A stretch of 64,000 nt of DNA from an uncultured Planctomycetaceae bacterium (GTDB lineage Bacteria; Planctomycetota; Planctomycetia; Pirellulales; UBA1268). A model generated the notes under the pieces. That model made no database searches. It worked only from the letters and a program-made list of their open reading frames with translations, and was not told the origin of the DNA. The stretch covers positions 6,144 to 70,143 of the forward strand of contig CAIXGY010000139.1 in the NCBI GenBank assembly GCA_903919035.1, given 5' to 3'. This document shows positions 9,265-18,266 of the stretch, piece after piece (the first letter of the stretch is position 1; each line of letters begins with the position of its first letter). The position numbers and the translations under genes are program-made.

Positions 9265-10485
9265 CTACCAGGCGGCCTCGAGGCCCAGCGTGGCGCCGTG
9301 CAGGAAGACGGAGCCGGTGCGGAGTTGCGTGCCGCTGGTCGGCGTGTCGCTGAAGTCCCACTGGTTCGCGGCCGGCGCCACGTCGGCCAGCCAGAGCAGC
9401 GTGTAGCCCGCGCGGATGCCCCAGCGGTCGCCGATCCGACGGACGACGCTGGCGTTCAGGTCGCCGATCATGCCCAGGCCGATGCGGGTGGACGAAAACG
9501 GGGCGCGGACCTGCACGAGATCCTGAGGGCCGACGATCGCACTCTGCGACTGCGTCAGGGTGCTGGCCATGAGCCCGGCCTTCGCCCAGCCCTCGACGGA
9601 CCAGTCACCCCAGTCGACCCGGCGTCTGTGGCCGATCTGCGGACCGATGAGTTGCGACGACGTCGTCGTGCGGTAGCTGGTCGTATTCGCGCTGTCGGCG
9701 GTCACGGCGAGCGTGGCCGTCTCGTCGAGACCCGCCCAGCGGATGCCGAGCAGCCAGTCGGCGGTCGCCACCGTCTCGGCGAGCACACCCCACGATCGCC
9801 GCCAGGGCAACGGATCGTGCCGCTGGCAGCCGTCGTAGATGCGGGTGGCGAAGACATTGCACTCCGCCGAGTTCAGGGTGCTCGAGAGTGTCGGCGCGAT
9901 CGCCGTGGCGGCGTCGAAGCCGCTTCCGCCCACGACACCGAGTTGACCCGGCAGGGCGAGCAGGGCGTCGGGCGAAACCGCCAGCGCGTCGGCGTGCATG
10001 TTCCAGATCCCGATGTAACCCACCTCGATGCCAGTGCAATCCGAGCGTCGCCAGCCCTGGAATATCCGCAGGCCGGGCGTTGTCGGATACCGCACGTCGC
10101 CGGCCGTGATCACGGGTACGCCTCGGTCCAATGCCGCCTCGCTTCGAACCGCCAACGGGCCCACGAGATTTGTCCGCTGGATGAACAGCGCGTCGACGCT
10201 CGTGAAGCCGACCCATGCAGGCTCCTCATCGACGCACGAATCCCCGAAGGCCTTGGTCTCGCAGGCCGATCCGATGACGGGCGTCGTCGGATCGTCGATC
10301 ACGGCGCCGTCCACCGGCGGAAGCTCCGCCGCAGCGTTCTGCTCGACAGGGACGGCGTCCGGCTCTGAGACGTCGTGACCCGCCTCGCCGAGCACGAGCA
10401 ACGAGTCGCCCGTCGGCTCCTCGGCCCACGCGGCCTGTGAGACGGCCACACCGAGCATCAGAGCGGCCAGGATCCTCGCGAGCAT
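9265..10485 (-). CDS. putative outer-membrane beta-barrel protein (planctomycete BBP7-like)
   Basis: Track ORF 9265..10845 trimmed to the signal peptide MLARILAALMLGVAVSQAAWA (CAT 10483-10485). Shows an alternating beta-strand pattern and the aromatic C-terminus ...HGATLGLEAAW. Confidence 0.55.
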   Translation of the reverse strand: MLARILAALMLGVAVSQAAWAEEPTGDSLLVLGEAGHDVSEPDAVPVEQNAAAELPPVDGAVIDDPTTPVIGSACETKAFGDSCVDEEPAWVGFTSVDALFIQRTNLVGPLAVRSEAALDRGVPVITAGDVRYPTTPGLRIFQGWRRSDCTGIEVGYIGIWNMHADALAVSPDALLALPGQLGVVGGSGFDAATAIAPTLSSTLNSAECNVFATRIYDGCQRHDPLPWRRSWGVLAETVATADWLLGIRWAGLDETATLAVTADSANTTSYRTTTSSQLIGPQIGHRRRVDWGDWSVEGWAKAGLMASTLTQSQSAIVGPQDLVQVRAPFSSTRIGLGMIGDLNASVVRRIGDRWGIRAGYTLLWLADVAPAANQWDFSDTPTSGTQLRTGSVFLHGATLGLEAAW

Positions 10486-10601
10486 CGAAACGCCCCTGTC
10501 GGAGAGGCCGGATCCGGCCGCGCCGGCTCCGCGGCCGGCACTGCCGGCACGACCCCTACGACAGGAGCGATCGGTTTCTGAAGCGCAGTCCTTGAGAATC
10601 G

Positions 10602-11870
10602 TCAGACCCGCGGCCCCGCCGCCGCAGGCTGGGCAACCTGCGCGGCTTCCTCGGCGAGCATGGCCTCCATCGGGGGCCAGAGCCGGTCGATCTCGGGATT
10701 GAAGATGTCGCCGATGAGCACGTCGGTGATGAGCCCCTTCAATTCCCCGTGGCGGCGGACGAAACTCCCGAAGTTGAGCCCGTCGTAGAAGGCGCACACG
10801 AGTTTTCGCATTCTCTCGAGGCCCGCCACGTAGTGCGGCCCCCACGAGCCGAGTCGCCGCTGCGAGGTGTCACCCGCGTCCAGTCCGGCCACGATCGCCT
10901 CGGCCGCCATCGCACCGCTGGTGAGGGCGAGCAGGATGCCCGACGAGTACAAGGGATCGAGAAATCCGAACGCATCGCCCACCAGCACCCATCCGTCGCC
11001 GGCGACCTGCCGGGAACGGTAGGAATATTCCTTGGCCACCCGAAACGGCCCTACCCGCTCCGCGCCGGCGATCCGGGGCTGCACGCCTGGGCAGCGCGAC
11101 ACCTCGTCGAAATAAATCGCCTCGGGCTCACGGCCGCGATCCCGAAACAGGTGGTCGAACGGCGCCACCACGCCCACGCTCACGATGTCGTCGGGCAACG
11201 GAATGCACCAGAACCATCCGACCTTGCCCTGCGTCTGGAGCACCAGCGTGGCCCCGGCGTCGCGACCGGTGTCGCGCCTGGCGCCCTTCCAATAGGTCCA
11301 CACCGCGGCCTTCTTGAGCACCGGATCCCATTCGCGAAGCCCGAGCCGATCCTGGATCACGCAACTCTGACCAGCGGCATCGACCACGACGCTCGCGTGG
11401 ACGACGTCCTCACGCCCGGTGTCATCGATCGTCCGCACGCCGACCGCCCGACCCCGCTCGAAGATCACGTCGCGCACGCGGACGCCCTCGCGCACGTCGG
11501 CTCCCTTCGCCCGGGCATTGTCGAGCATCAACCTGTCGAATTCGTCCCTGGTCACCTGCCAGGTTTGGGCGCTCTCGTGCGGCTTGTAATCCGCGAAGTA
11601 AAAAGGCTCGGAGAGCCGGCCATGCTCGTTGACGAACTGGACGGAATGCTTCTCGACAAACCGGCTGCCACGCAGCTTCGGCAGCATGCCGAGCCGTTCG
11701 AGCACCCAGAACGTCTCGGGGATCAGCGACTCGCCGATGTGGTATCGCGGGAAGCGGTCCCGCTCGAGCAGTCGCACCGATCGGCCGGCGGCTGCCACGA
11801 GGGTGGCCACCGTGGCCCCGGCCGGGCCGCCACCGATCACGACGACGTCCGGATGCACCGCGTCTACCAT
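10602..11870 (-). CDS. FAD-dependent halogenase-like oxidoreductase (tryptophan-halogenase family fold)
   Basis: Start MVDAVHPDVVVIGGGPAG (CAT 11868-11870). Has the GxGxxG motif, the WxWxIP motif (GWFWCIPL), an FxxPxxSxG-type motif (FGFLDPLYSSG), and FPRYHIGESL near the N-terminus. Confidence 0.8.
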   Translation of the reverse strand: MVDAVHPDVVVIGGGPAGATVATLVAAAGRSVRLLERDRFPRYHIGESLIPETFWVLERLGMLPKLRGSRFVEKHSVQFVNEHGRLSEPFYFADYKPHESAQTWQVTRDEFDRLMLDNARAKGADVREGVRVRDVIFERGRAVGVRTIDDTGREDVVHASVVVDAAGQSCVIQDRLGLREWDPVLKKAAVWTYWKGARRDTGRDAGATLVLQTQGKVGWFWCIPLPDDIVSVGVVAPFDHLFRDRGREPEAIYFDEVSRCPGVQPRIAGAERVGPFRVAKEYSYRSRQVAGDGWVLVGDAFGFLDPLYSSGILLALTSGAMAAEAIVAGLDAGDTSQRRLGSWGPHYVAGLERMRKLVCAFYDGLNFGSFVRRHGELKGLITDVLIGDIFNPEIDRLWPPMEAMLAEEAAQVAQPAAAGPRV

Positions 11871-11982
11871 CGCGAGAAACTCCCGTGCCTCGAGGCGTGC
11901 CGCCGGCGCGGACCGCCACCCTTCAAGCGTAGGCACCGCGCCGGGGCCGACAAGCGGCCCCGGCGCGACGAACCCGCCGGCA

Positions 11983-12339
11983 TCAGCCCTCGAACTGCTG
12001 CACGGCTTGAATCGCGGCGAGCGCCCGCTCCGCCCCGCCGAACTGGCCGATCACCTTCTTGGCGATGACCAGATCCTCGACGGAGATCGCGGCCCGTCGG
12101 GCCTTGGCGGGCTTGACGATCGCCCGGGCAACCCCAGCCTTCCGCCGCCGCCGGGGCCGGAAGCCCATGGCCTTGAGCACCATGCTCACCTGCGGCGACG
12201 AGACCACCACGCCCTGCTTCTTGAGCACGGCGATGATCGCGACCGGGCGGGGCTTTTCGCCCTTCTCCTTCATCGACCGCGCGATCTTGCGGATCTCCTC
12301 GGACTTGTTCGTGCCCTTGGGTTCTTTCTTGTCGACCAT
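11983..12339 (-). CDS. small Lys/Arg-rich hypothetical protein (118 aa)
   Basis: C-terminal part of track ORF 11983..13368, starting MVDKKEPKGTNKSEEIRK (CAT 12337-12339). GAGGAG lies 12 nt upstream. Preceded by an unusually AT-rich leader. Confidence 0.55.
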   Translation of the reverse strand: MVDKKEPKGTNKSEEIRKIARSMKEKGEKPRPVAIIAVLKKQGVVVSSPQVSMVLKAMGFRPRRRRKAGVARAIVKPAKARRAAISVEDLVIAKKVIGQFGGAERALAAIQAVQQFEG

Positions 12340-12360
12340 CGGAATGTCGGGCTCCTCGCG

Positions 12361-12380
12361 GATGTAAATGCGATGTAAAT
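12361..12380 (-). promoter_or_regulatory. tandem 9-mer GATGTAAAT-gc-GATGTAAAT in the AT-rich leader of the 118-aa gene
   Basis: Exact direct repeat at 12361-12369 and 12372-12380, 22-41 nt upstream of the start codon, inside the most AT-rich stretch of this neighbourhood (12361..12410). Confidence 0.4.
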
Positions 12381-12488
12381 CAACACTGTGGGGAAGTATA
12401 AAGTCGCGTTTCCACGCGGCAACCACCCTCGCGGAGGCACTGGCGCCGGTGGTTCGTCCGGCGGCATGAGACGTGTCCCACCCCCCTG

Positions 12489-13241
12489 CTAGGCGGCGAG
12501 GAGTGGCACGAGGAGCTTGACGGCCGCCACCGCGAGCACGACGGCCATCACGCCCTCGAGCACGCGGACCGGAAGGCGAAAGGCCCCGAGGTGGGAGCCG
12601 AGCGTGCCGCCGACGAGGGCGGCGGCGACCACCGCCAGGCTCACCACCGGCACGGTGCGGCCGGCGACCAGCCCGCCGGCGAGCCCTGCGACCGAGTTGA
12701 CGAGGATGAAGGCGGCCGAGACGCCGGCCACGTCGCGGAGCGGAGCCGCGCGGAGCGCGAGCAGCGCCGGCGACAGGAACACGCCGCCGCCCACGCCCGT
12801 GAGTCCCGAGAGCAGGCCGATCGCTCCGCCGAGTCCGGCCAGCACGGCGACGCCCAGCCGGGCCGGCGCGGCCGGAGCCGCCGCGGCCGGCGGCCTGAGG
12901 GCGCCTCGGGCCAACCGCACCGCCGATACCACGAGCACGGCGGCCACGACCGACTCGAAGACGGCCGGCGGCAGGCCGATCGAGCCGCCCACGAAGGCGG
13001 CCGGTGCACTCCCCACGACCAGCGGCACCAGCAGGGCGAACGGCAGGTGTCCGGCGCGGGCGAAGGTCGCGGTGGCGACCGTGGCCACGCACACGTTGAG
13101 CACGAGCGCCGTCGGCCGGATGATCTCCGGCGGCAGGCCGGCGAGCGTCATCACCGCGATGTAGCCCGTCGCCCCGGCGTGACCCACGCTCGCATAGAGC
13201 GAGGCCACGGCCAGGATGGCCGCAGGCAGCCAGAGCGTCAT
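12489..13241 (-). CDS. TauE/SafE family sulfite/anion exporter
   Basis: Track ORF 12489..13412 trimmed to MTLWLPAAILAVASLY (CAT 13239-13241). Has a duplicated 4-TM architecture with the LSGLTGVGGGVF motif. Confidence 0.8.
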   Translation of the reverse strand: MTLWLPAAILAVASLYASVGHAGATGYIAVMTLAGLPPEIIRPTALVLNVCVATVATATFARAGHLPFALLVPLVVGSAPAAFVGGSIGLPPAVFESVVAAVLVVSAVRLARGALRPPAAAAPAAPARLGVAVLAGLGGAIGLLSGLTGVGGGVFLSPALLALRAAPLRDVAGVSAAFILVNSVAGLAGGLVAGRTVPVVSLAVVAAALVGGTLGSHLGAFRLPVRVLEGVMAVVLAVAAVKLLVPLLAA

Positions 13242-13645
13242 CGCGGGGGCACCGCGTGCCGCTGGAGGAGTTCGAGCGGCACGACGGCGAGCGTCTTCTC
13301 GTGCGTGGCCTCGAGCACGACCGGCGGCGCCCGCCCCGCCTCGGCCGCCTCCCGCCAGCGGGCCGCACACAAGCACCAGCGATCGCCCGCGACGAGCCCG
13401 GGGAATCCCCACTCGGGCCGTGGCGTGACCAGGTCGTTGCCCGCCTGCACCGTGAACTCGAGGAAATCCTTCGTCATCACGGCGCAGACGGTGTGCATAC
13501 CGGCGTCGTCGGCCCCCGTACGGCAGCAGCCGTCGCGGAAGAAGCCCGTGAGCGGTTCGCGCGAGCAGGCCGCGAGCGGGCCTCCGAGCACGTTTCGCTC
13601 CTCGAGTCCTCGGCCGGATGTCGCCGGACGGTCGAAGGCGATCAT
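13238..13645 (-). CDS. DUF2237 family protein
   Basis: 135 aa containing NVLGGPL..C..EPLTGFFRDGCCRTG..D.G.HTVCAVMT..FLEF and GDRWCLCA.RW, the pattern I recall for DUF2237. 4-nt overlap with the downstream TauE start. Confidence 0.75.
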   Translation of the reverse strand: MIAFDRPATSGRGLEERNVLGGPLAACSREPLTGFFRDGCCRTGADDAGMHTVCAVMTKDFLEFTVQAGNDLVTPRPEWGFPGLVAGDRWCLCAARWREAAEAGRAPPVVLEATHEKTLAVVPLELLQRHAVPPR

Positions 13646-13819
13646 GGGGGCGCCCTCAGCGATGAACGATCTTCGGCCACCGTGGCCGGAACCAGTCCTC
13701 CGGTATCATGGCGCCCCGACGGCCACGACGACAAGCATCGCGGGCCAGCGCTCCCCACGTTTCGGTTCCCGCCGGCAGCCTGACGCGCCGCCCCGCGGCC
13801 GACGCCTTCCGCCCACCCC

Positions 13820-14395
13820 ATGCTCAATCTCCAGTCGCCGACGTCCGACCGCTGGTTCGCACAGGTCGACGCCGGACTCGACGAGGTGCTCGTCGACCAC
13901 GCCCACTGCGAGAAGAAGGCGGCCAGCGTGGCGATGAACCTTCTCTTCTCCTACGTGGATCACGTCGCGCTCGCGCGGGCGATGACGGAGATCGTCGTGG
14001 AGGAACTGGAGCATTTCCGGCTGGTGCTCGATCTGCTGGAGCGGCGTGGCATCCCGTTTCGCAAGCTCCGGCCGAGTTCCTACGGGCAACGGCTCCACGA
14101 ACGCATCCGCCGCGATGAGCCGGGCAAGGCGATCGACCGCCTGCTCGTGGCGGGGCTCATCGAGGCCCGCAGTTGCGAGCGATTCGCGCTGCTCGCCGAC
14201 CACGTGTCCGACCCGGAACTCCGCGACTTCTACCGCGGCCTCTTCGAGTCGGAGGCCCGTCATCACGCGACCTACGTCCGTCTGGCGTGCGAGTGCGCCG
14301 ACGACGACTCCGTTCGCGAACGGCTTCTCTGGCTCGCGGCCGAGGAGGCCGCGATCATCGCCGAGGGCGATCCATTTCCACGGATGCACAGCTGA
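13820..14395 (+). CDS. miaE: tRNA-(ms2io6A)-hydroxylase
   Basis: 191 aa with the diiron four-helix motifs [22 protein letters not shown] and ESEARHH. Confidence 0.85.
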   Translation: MLNLQSPTSDRWFAQVDAGLDEVLVDHAHCEKKAASVAMNLLFSYVDHVALARAMTEIVVEELEHFRLVLDLLERRGIPFRKLRPSSYGQRLHERIRRDEPGKAIDRLLVAGLIEARSCERFALLADHVSDPELRDFYRGLFESEARHHATYVRLACECADDDSVRERLLWLAAEEAAIIAEGDPFPRMHS

Positions 14396-14415
14396 TTCCG
14401 CCCATCGAGCACGCC

Positions 14416-16359
14416 ATGCCCACAGGCCCATCCACCGATCGGCGCCCACCACGCGGGCTGCCCGTCAACGAGGTGATCGCGGTCGGAGCCCTGGTGGCGC
14501 TCGCGACGTGGGCCTGGCTCGTCTGGAGCGGCCGGGGCGCCGCACCGGTCGACCTGGGGCCGCTCGATCCGGGGCGTTGGTTTCCCGGGCGGTCGCTCGC
14601 GGTCGCCGACCTGCCCCTGGTCGTGGCGCTGGTGTTCGGTGGCGTGCCCCTGGTGTGGGATCTGCTCACGAAGCTCTGCGCCGGCACCTTCGGCTCCGAT
14701 CTGCTCGCCGGAATCTCGATCATCACGAGCATCGTGCTCGGCGAGTACGTCGCGGGGGTGCTCGTCGTGCTCATGCTCTCCGGAGGCGAGGCGCTCGAGG
14801 CCCGCGCGGTAAGCCGCGCCGGCGACGTGCTCAACGCCCTCGCCAAGCGGATGCCGACGCTGGCGCACCGCAAGACGCCCGCCGGTCTCGACGACGTGGC
14901 GCTATCCGACGTCGCCATCGGCGACGTCATCGTGGTGCTGCCGCACGAGATCTGCCCGATCGACGGCATCGTAGTCGCGGGTCGCGGCTCGATGGACGAG
15001 AGCTACCTCACCGGCGAGCCCTATCGGATGGCAAAGGCGCCCGGCTCGGCCGTGCTGTCGGGATCGATCAACGGCCAGGCCGCGCTCGAAGTCCGCACCG
15101 AGAGGGTCGCGGGCGACAGCCGCTACGCGAAGATCATGGAGGTGCTGCGGACGAGCGAGGAGCGTCGACCCCGGCTCCGCCGGCTCGCCGACTCGCTCGG
15201 TGCCTTCTACACGCCGCTGGCCGTGGCGATCGCCGCGGCAGCCTGGTTCGCCAGCGGCGATCCGCGCCGGTTTCTCGCCGTCCTCGTCGTGGCCACTCCC
15301 TGCCCGCTCCTGATCGCGATCCCCGTGGCGATCATCGGCGCCGTGTCGCTGGCGGCCCGCCGCGGCATCGTCATCAGGGATCCGGCGATCCTCGAGCGAC
15401 TGGCCACCTGCCGCACCGCGATCTTCGACAAGACCGGCACGCTCACCTACGGCACCCCGCACCTCATCGACGTCACGACTCTGGGCACGCTGCCCGAGGC
15501 CGACGTCATCGCGCTCGCAGCGAGTCTGGAGGCCTACTCGAAACACCCTCTCGCGGCCGCCGTGGTGCAGGCCGCCGCCGACCGCTGCGTGCGCCTGCTC
15601 GACGTGGAGAACCTGGCCGAGAAGCCGGGCCAGGGGTTGGTCGGCAAGGTCAAGCGGCTCAATGGCGGCACCGAGACGCACGACGTGGCGATCACGAGCC
15701 GTCAGAAGCTCGGAGCCGACGCGGCCACGCTTCCCCCGGCGGCCGGCGGCCTCGAATGCGTGGTCGTCGTGGATGGCACGCCGCAGGCGGTGCTCCGCTT
15801 CCGCGACTCCCCGCGGGCCGACGGCCGTTCGTTCGTCAGCCACCTCGGTCCGGCCCATCGGCTGTCGCGGGTCATGCTCGTGTCGGGCGATCGCGAGAGC
15901 GAGGTCCGCTGGCTGGCCAACCTCGTCGGCATCGAGGAGGTGCATGCCGGCATTCAGCCCGAGGGCAAACTCGAGATCGTCGAGGCGGCGACCGCCGAGG
16001 CCCCGACCATGTTCGTGGGCGACGGCATCAACGACGCGCCGGCGCTGGCTGCGGCCACGGTGGGCATCGCCATGGGCACGGCCAGCGACGTCACGAGCGA
16101 GGCCGCGGGTGCCGTCGTGATGGACTCGGCGCTCGAGCGCGTCGATGAACTCTTCCACATCGGCTCCCGGATGCGGTCGATCGCGCTGCAAAGCGCGGTC
16201 GGGGGCATGGCCGCGAGCCTGGCGGGCATGGCGGTCGCCGCCGCCGGATACCTGCCCCCGGCCGCCGGCGCGCTGTTGCAGGAGGCGATCGATGTCGTCG
16301 CGGTGCTCAACGCGCTCCGCGTCGCCTGGCGGCCCGGCGACCTGACGGATTACCGCTGA
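14416..16359 (+). CDS. heavy-metal P1B-type ATPase (TM motif TPCP, P1B-5-like)
   Basis: Track ORF 14173..16359 trimmed to ATG 14416 ([10 protein letters not shown]). Motifs: [31 protein letters not shown]. No CxxC or His-rich N-terminal metal-binding domain. Confidence 0.9.
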   Translation: MPTGPSTDRRPPRGLPVNEVIAVGALVALATWAWLVWSGRGAAPVDLGPLDPGRWFPGRSLAVADLPLVVALVFGGVPLVWDLLTKLCAGTFGSDLLAGISIITSIVLGEYVAGVLVVLMLSGGEALEARAVSRAGDVLNALAKRMPTLAHRKTPAGLDDVALSDVAIGDVIVVLPHEICPIDGIVVAGRGSMDESYLTGEPYRMAKAPGSAVLSGSINGQAALEVRTERVAGDSRYAKIMEVLRTSEERRPRLRRLADSLGAFYTPLAVAIAAAAWFASGDPRRFLAVLVVATPCPLLIAIPVAIIGAVSLAARRGIVIRDPAILERLATCRTAIFDKTGTLTYGTPHLIDVTTLGTLPEADVIALAASLEAYSKHPLAAAVVQAAADRCVRLLDVENLAEKPGQGLVGKVKRLNGGTETHDVAITSRQKLGADAATLPPAAGGLECVVVVDGTPQAVLRFRDSPRADGRSFVSHLGPAHRLSRVMLVSGDRESEVRWLANLVGIEEVHAGIQPEGKLEIVEAATAEAPTMFVGDGINDAPALAAATVGIAMGTASDVTSEAAGAVVMDSALERVDELFHIGSRMRSIALQSAVGGMAASLAGMAVAAAGYLPPAAGALLQEAIDVVAVLNALRVAWRPGDLTDYR

Positions 16360-16372
16360 CCGGAGGACCGCG

Positions 16373-18262
16373 ATGCGCATCCTGATCGCTGCCTGCCTTG
16401 CAGGGGCGGCCGCCGGCACGGCCGCGGAGTCCGGCGATCGGCCAAACATCCTGTGGATCTCTGCCGAGGATCTCTCCGCCGCGACGCTCGGCTGCTACGG
16501 TGGCGCGGCCCACACGCCGCGGATCGACGCTCTCGCGCGCGACGGCCTCCGGTTCGACGCCGCGTTCGCCGCCGCGCCAGTGTGTGCGCCGTCGCGGAGC
16601 GCAATCATCACGGGCGTGATGCCCACCACGCTCGGCAGCCTGCCGATGCGGTGCAGCGCGACGCCCCCGCACCACATCGTGGGCTTTCCGACGCTCCTGC
16701 ATGCGGCCGGCTACAGCTGCACGAACAACGCCAAGACCGACTACAACGTCGGCCGCGGCTTCACGGCGGGCTGGCAGGAGTCGAACCGCAAGGCGCACTG
16801 GCGAAACCGGCCCGATCCCGCCCAGCCCTTCTTCGCGGTCTTCAACCTCGAAACCACGCACGAAAGCGGCCTGTTCGGCGACAGGCGTGCGGCCGAGCGG
16901 CGGTCGCTGCCGCGCGAGGCCCGCCGCGATCCCGCAACCGTGACCGTGCCCCCCTGGTATCCCGACACGCCGGTCGTCCGCGAGTGTCTCGTCGCGCGGC
17001 TCGAACTCGCCGCCCTGCTCGACCGCCAGGTCGGGGCCCTCCTCGACGAGCTCGCGGCCGACGGCCTCGCCGACGACACGATCGTGTGCTTCTGGGCCGA
17101 CCACGGCGAGGGCGTCCCGCACGGCAAGCGGGCGCTCACGGAGCACGGCCTGCGGGTGCCGCTGGTCGTCCACGTGCCGAGGCGGTTTCGTGCGACGGCC
17201 ACGCTCCCGGGCGGTGAGCCGCCGGCCGGCGCGACCGCGAACCTCGTCAGCCTCCTCGACCTCGGACCGACCGTCCTGGCGCTCGCCGGCGTCGCAACGC
17301 CGGCCTGGATGGAAGGCCGGCCGTTTCTCGGGTCCGGAGCATCCCGGCGCGATCTCGTCTTCGGGGCCTGCGATCGGATGGACGCTCCACCCGGCTTCGG
17401 CCGCACCTCACGCGACGCCCGCTTCCGCTACGTGCGCAACTTCCTGCCGTGGATCGACGGCGACGACCTCCCCGACTATGCCGCGGGTGTGCCGATCGCG
17501 GGCGAGTTGCGCGCCGCGCGGCGGGCCGGCACACTACCCGCCGGGGCACGCTGGTTTTCGCGGACGACCCGGCCGGCGGAGGAGCTCTACGACGTCGCGG
17601 CGGATCCCGATGAGCTCGCGGACCTCGCGGCCGACCCGACGCGGGCGGACGACGTGAAGCGGCTTCGGGCCGCGGTCGTGTCGTGGATGCGCGAGACCAG
17701 GGACACGGGAATCCTTCCCGAACCCATCCTGCGGCGCGAGGCCCGCGCGGCCGGCAGTGAACAGGCGATCTTCCACCCGCCGGCACCGGACGAAGCCGCC
17801 CGGGCCGCGAAGCGCTACGACGTGATCCTCGAAACGGCCTGGGCCGTGGCCGACGGCCGCGACGCGACGCAGTTCCGGGCCGGCCTCGGCAGTCCCGACT
17901 CGGCCGTGCGCTTCTGGGCCGTCGCGGGCACGGGCTGGGACGCGCAGCGTCGCCACGACGATCCCACGCCGGCCCTCACGCCCATGCTCGCCGATCCGGA
18001 GCCGACGGTGCGGATCGCCGCGGCGACCTGGCTCCTGCGGTGCGGTGCCGCCGCCGACCGCTCGCGCCAGGTGCTCGCAGCCGAGATCGACGCCACCGAT
18101 CCCGACATCCGACTGGCCGCGCTCGTGGCGATCGACGAGCTCGGCATCGCGACGCGCCCGCTATGGCCCGACGCCGCCGCGCTCGACCTTGGCGACGACG
18201 AGGCATATTCGCGCCGCACCGTCGAGCGGATTCGCCGTCGGCTCGCCGACGAGCCGCGGTAG
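16373..18262 (+). CDS. formylglycine-dependent sulfatase fused to C-terminal HEAT-like repeats
   Basis: Signal peptide MRILIAACLAGAAAGTAA. Sulfatase motif PVCAPSRSAIITG. C-terminal repeats (DSAVRFWAVAG, PTVRIAAATWLL, PDIRLAALVAIDEL). Confidence 0.85.
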   Translation: MRILIAACLAGAAAGTAAESGDRPNILWISAEDLSAATLGCYGGAAHTPRIDALARDGLRFDAAFAAAPVCAPSRSAIITGVMPTTLGSLPMRCSATPPHHIVGFPTLLHAAGYSCTNNAKTDYNVGRGFTAGWQESNRKAHWRNRPDPAQPFFAVFNLETTHESGLFGDRRAAERRSLPREARRDPATVTVPPWYPDTPVVRECLVARLELAALLDRQVGALLDELAADGLADDTIVCFWADHGEGVPHGKRALTEHGLRVPLVVHVPRRFRATATLPGGEPPAGATANLVSLLDLGPTVLALAGVATPAWMEGRPFLGSGASRRDLVFGACDRMDAPPGFGRTSRDARFRYVRNFLPWIDGDDLPDYAAGVPIAGELRAARRAGTLPAGARWFSRTTRPAEELYDVAADPDELADLAADPTRADDVKRLRAAVVSWMRETRDTGILPEPILRREARAAGSEQAIFHPPAPDEAARAAKRYDVILETAWAVADGRDATQFRAGLGSPDSAVRFWAVAGTGWDAQRRHDDPTPALTPMLADPEPTVRIAAATWLLRCGAAADRSRQVLAAEIDATDPDIRLAALVAIDELGIATRPLWPDAAALDLGDDEAYSRRTVERIRRRLADEPR

Positions 18263-18266
18263 CCGC

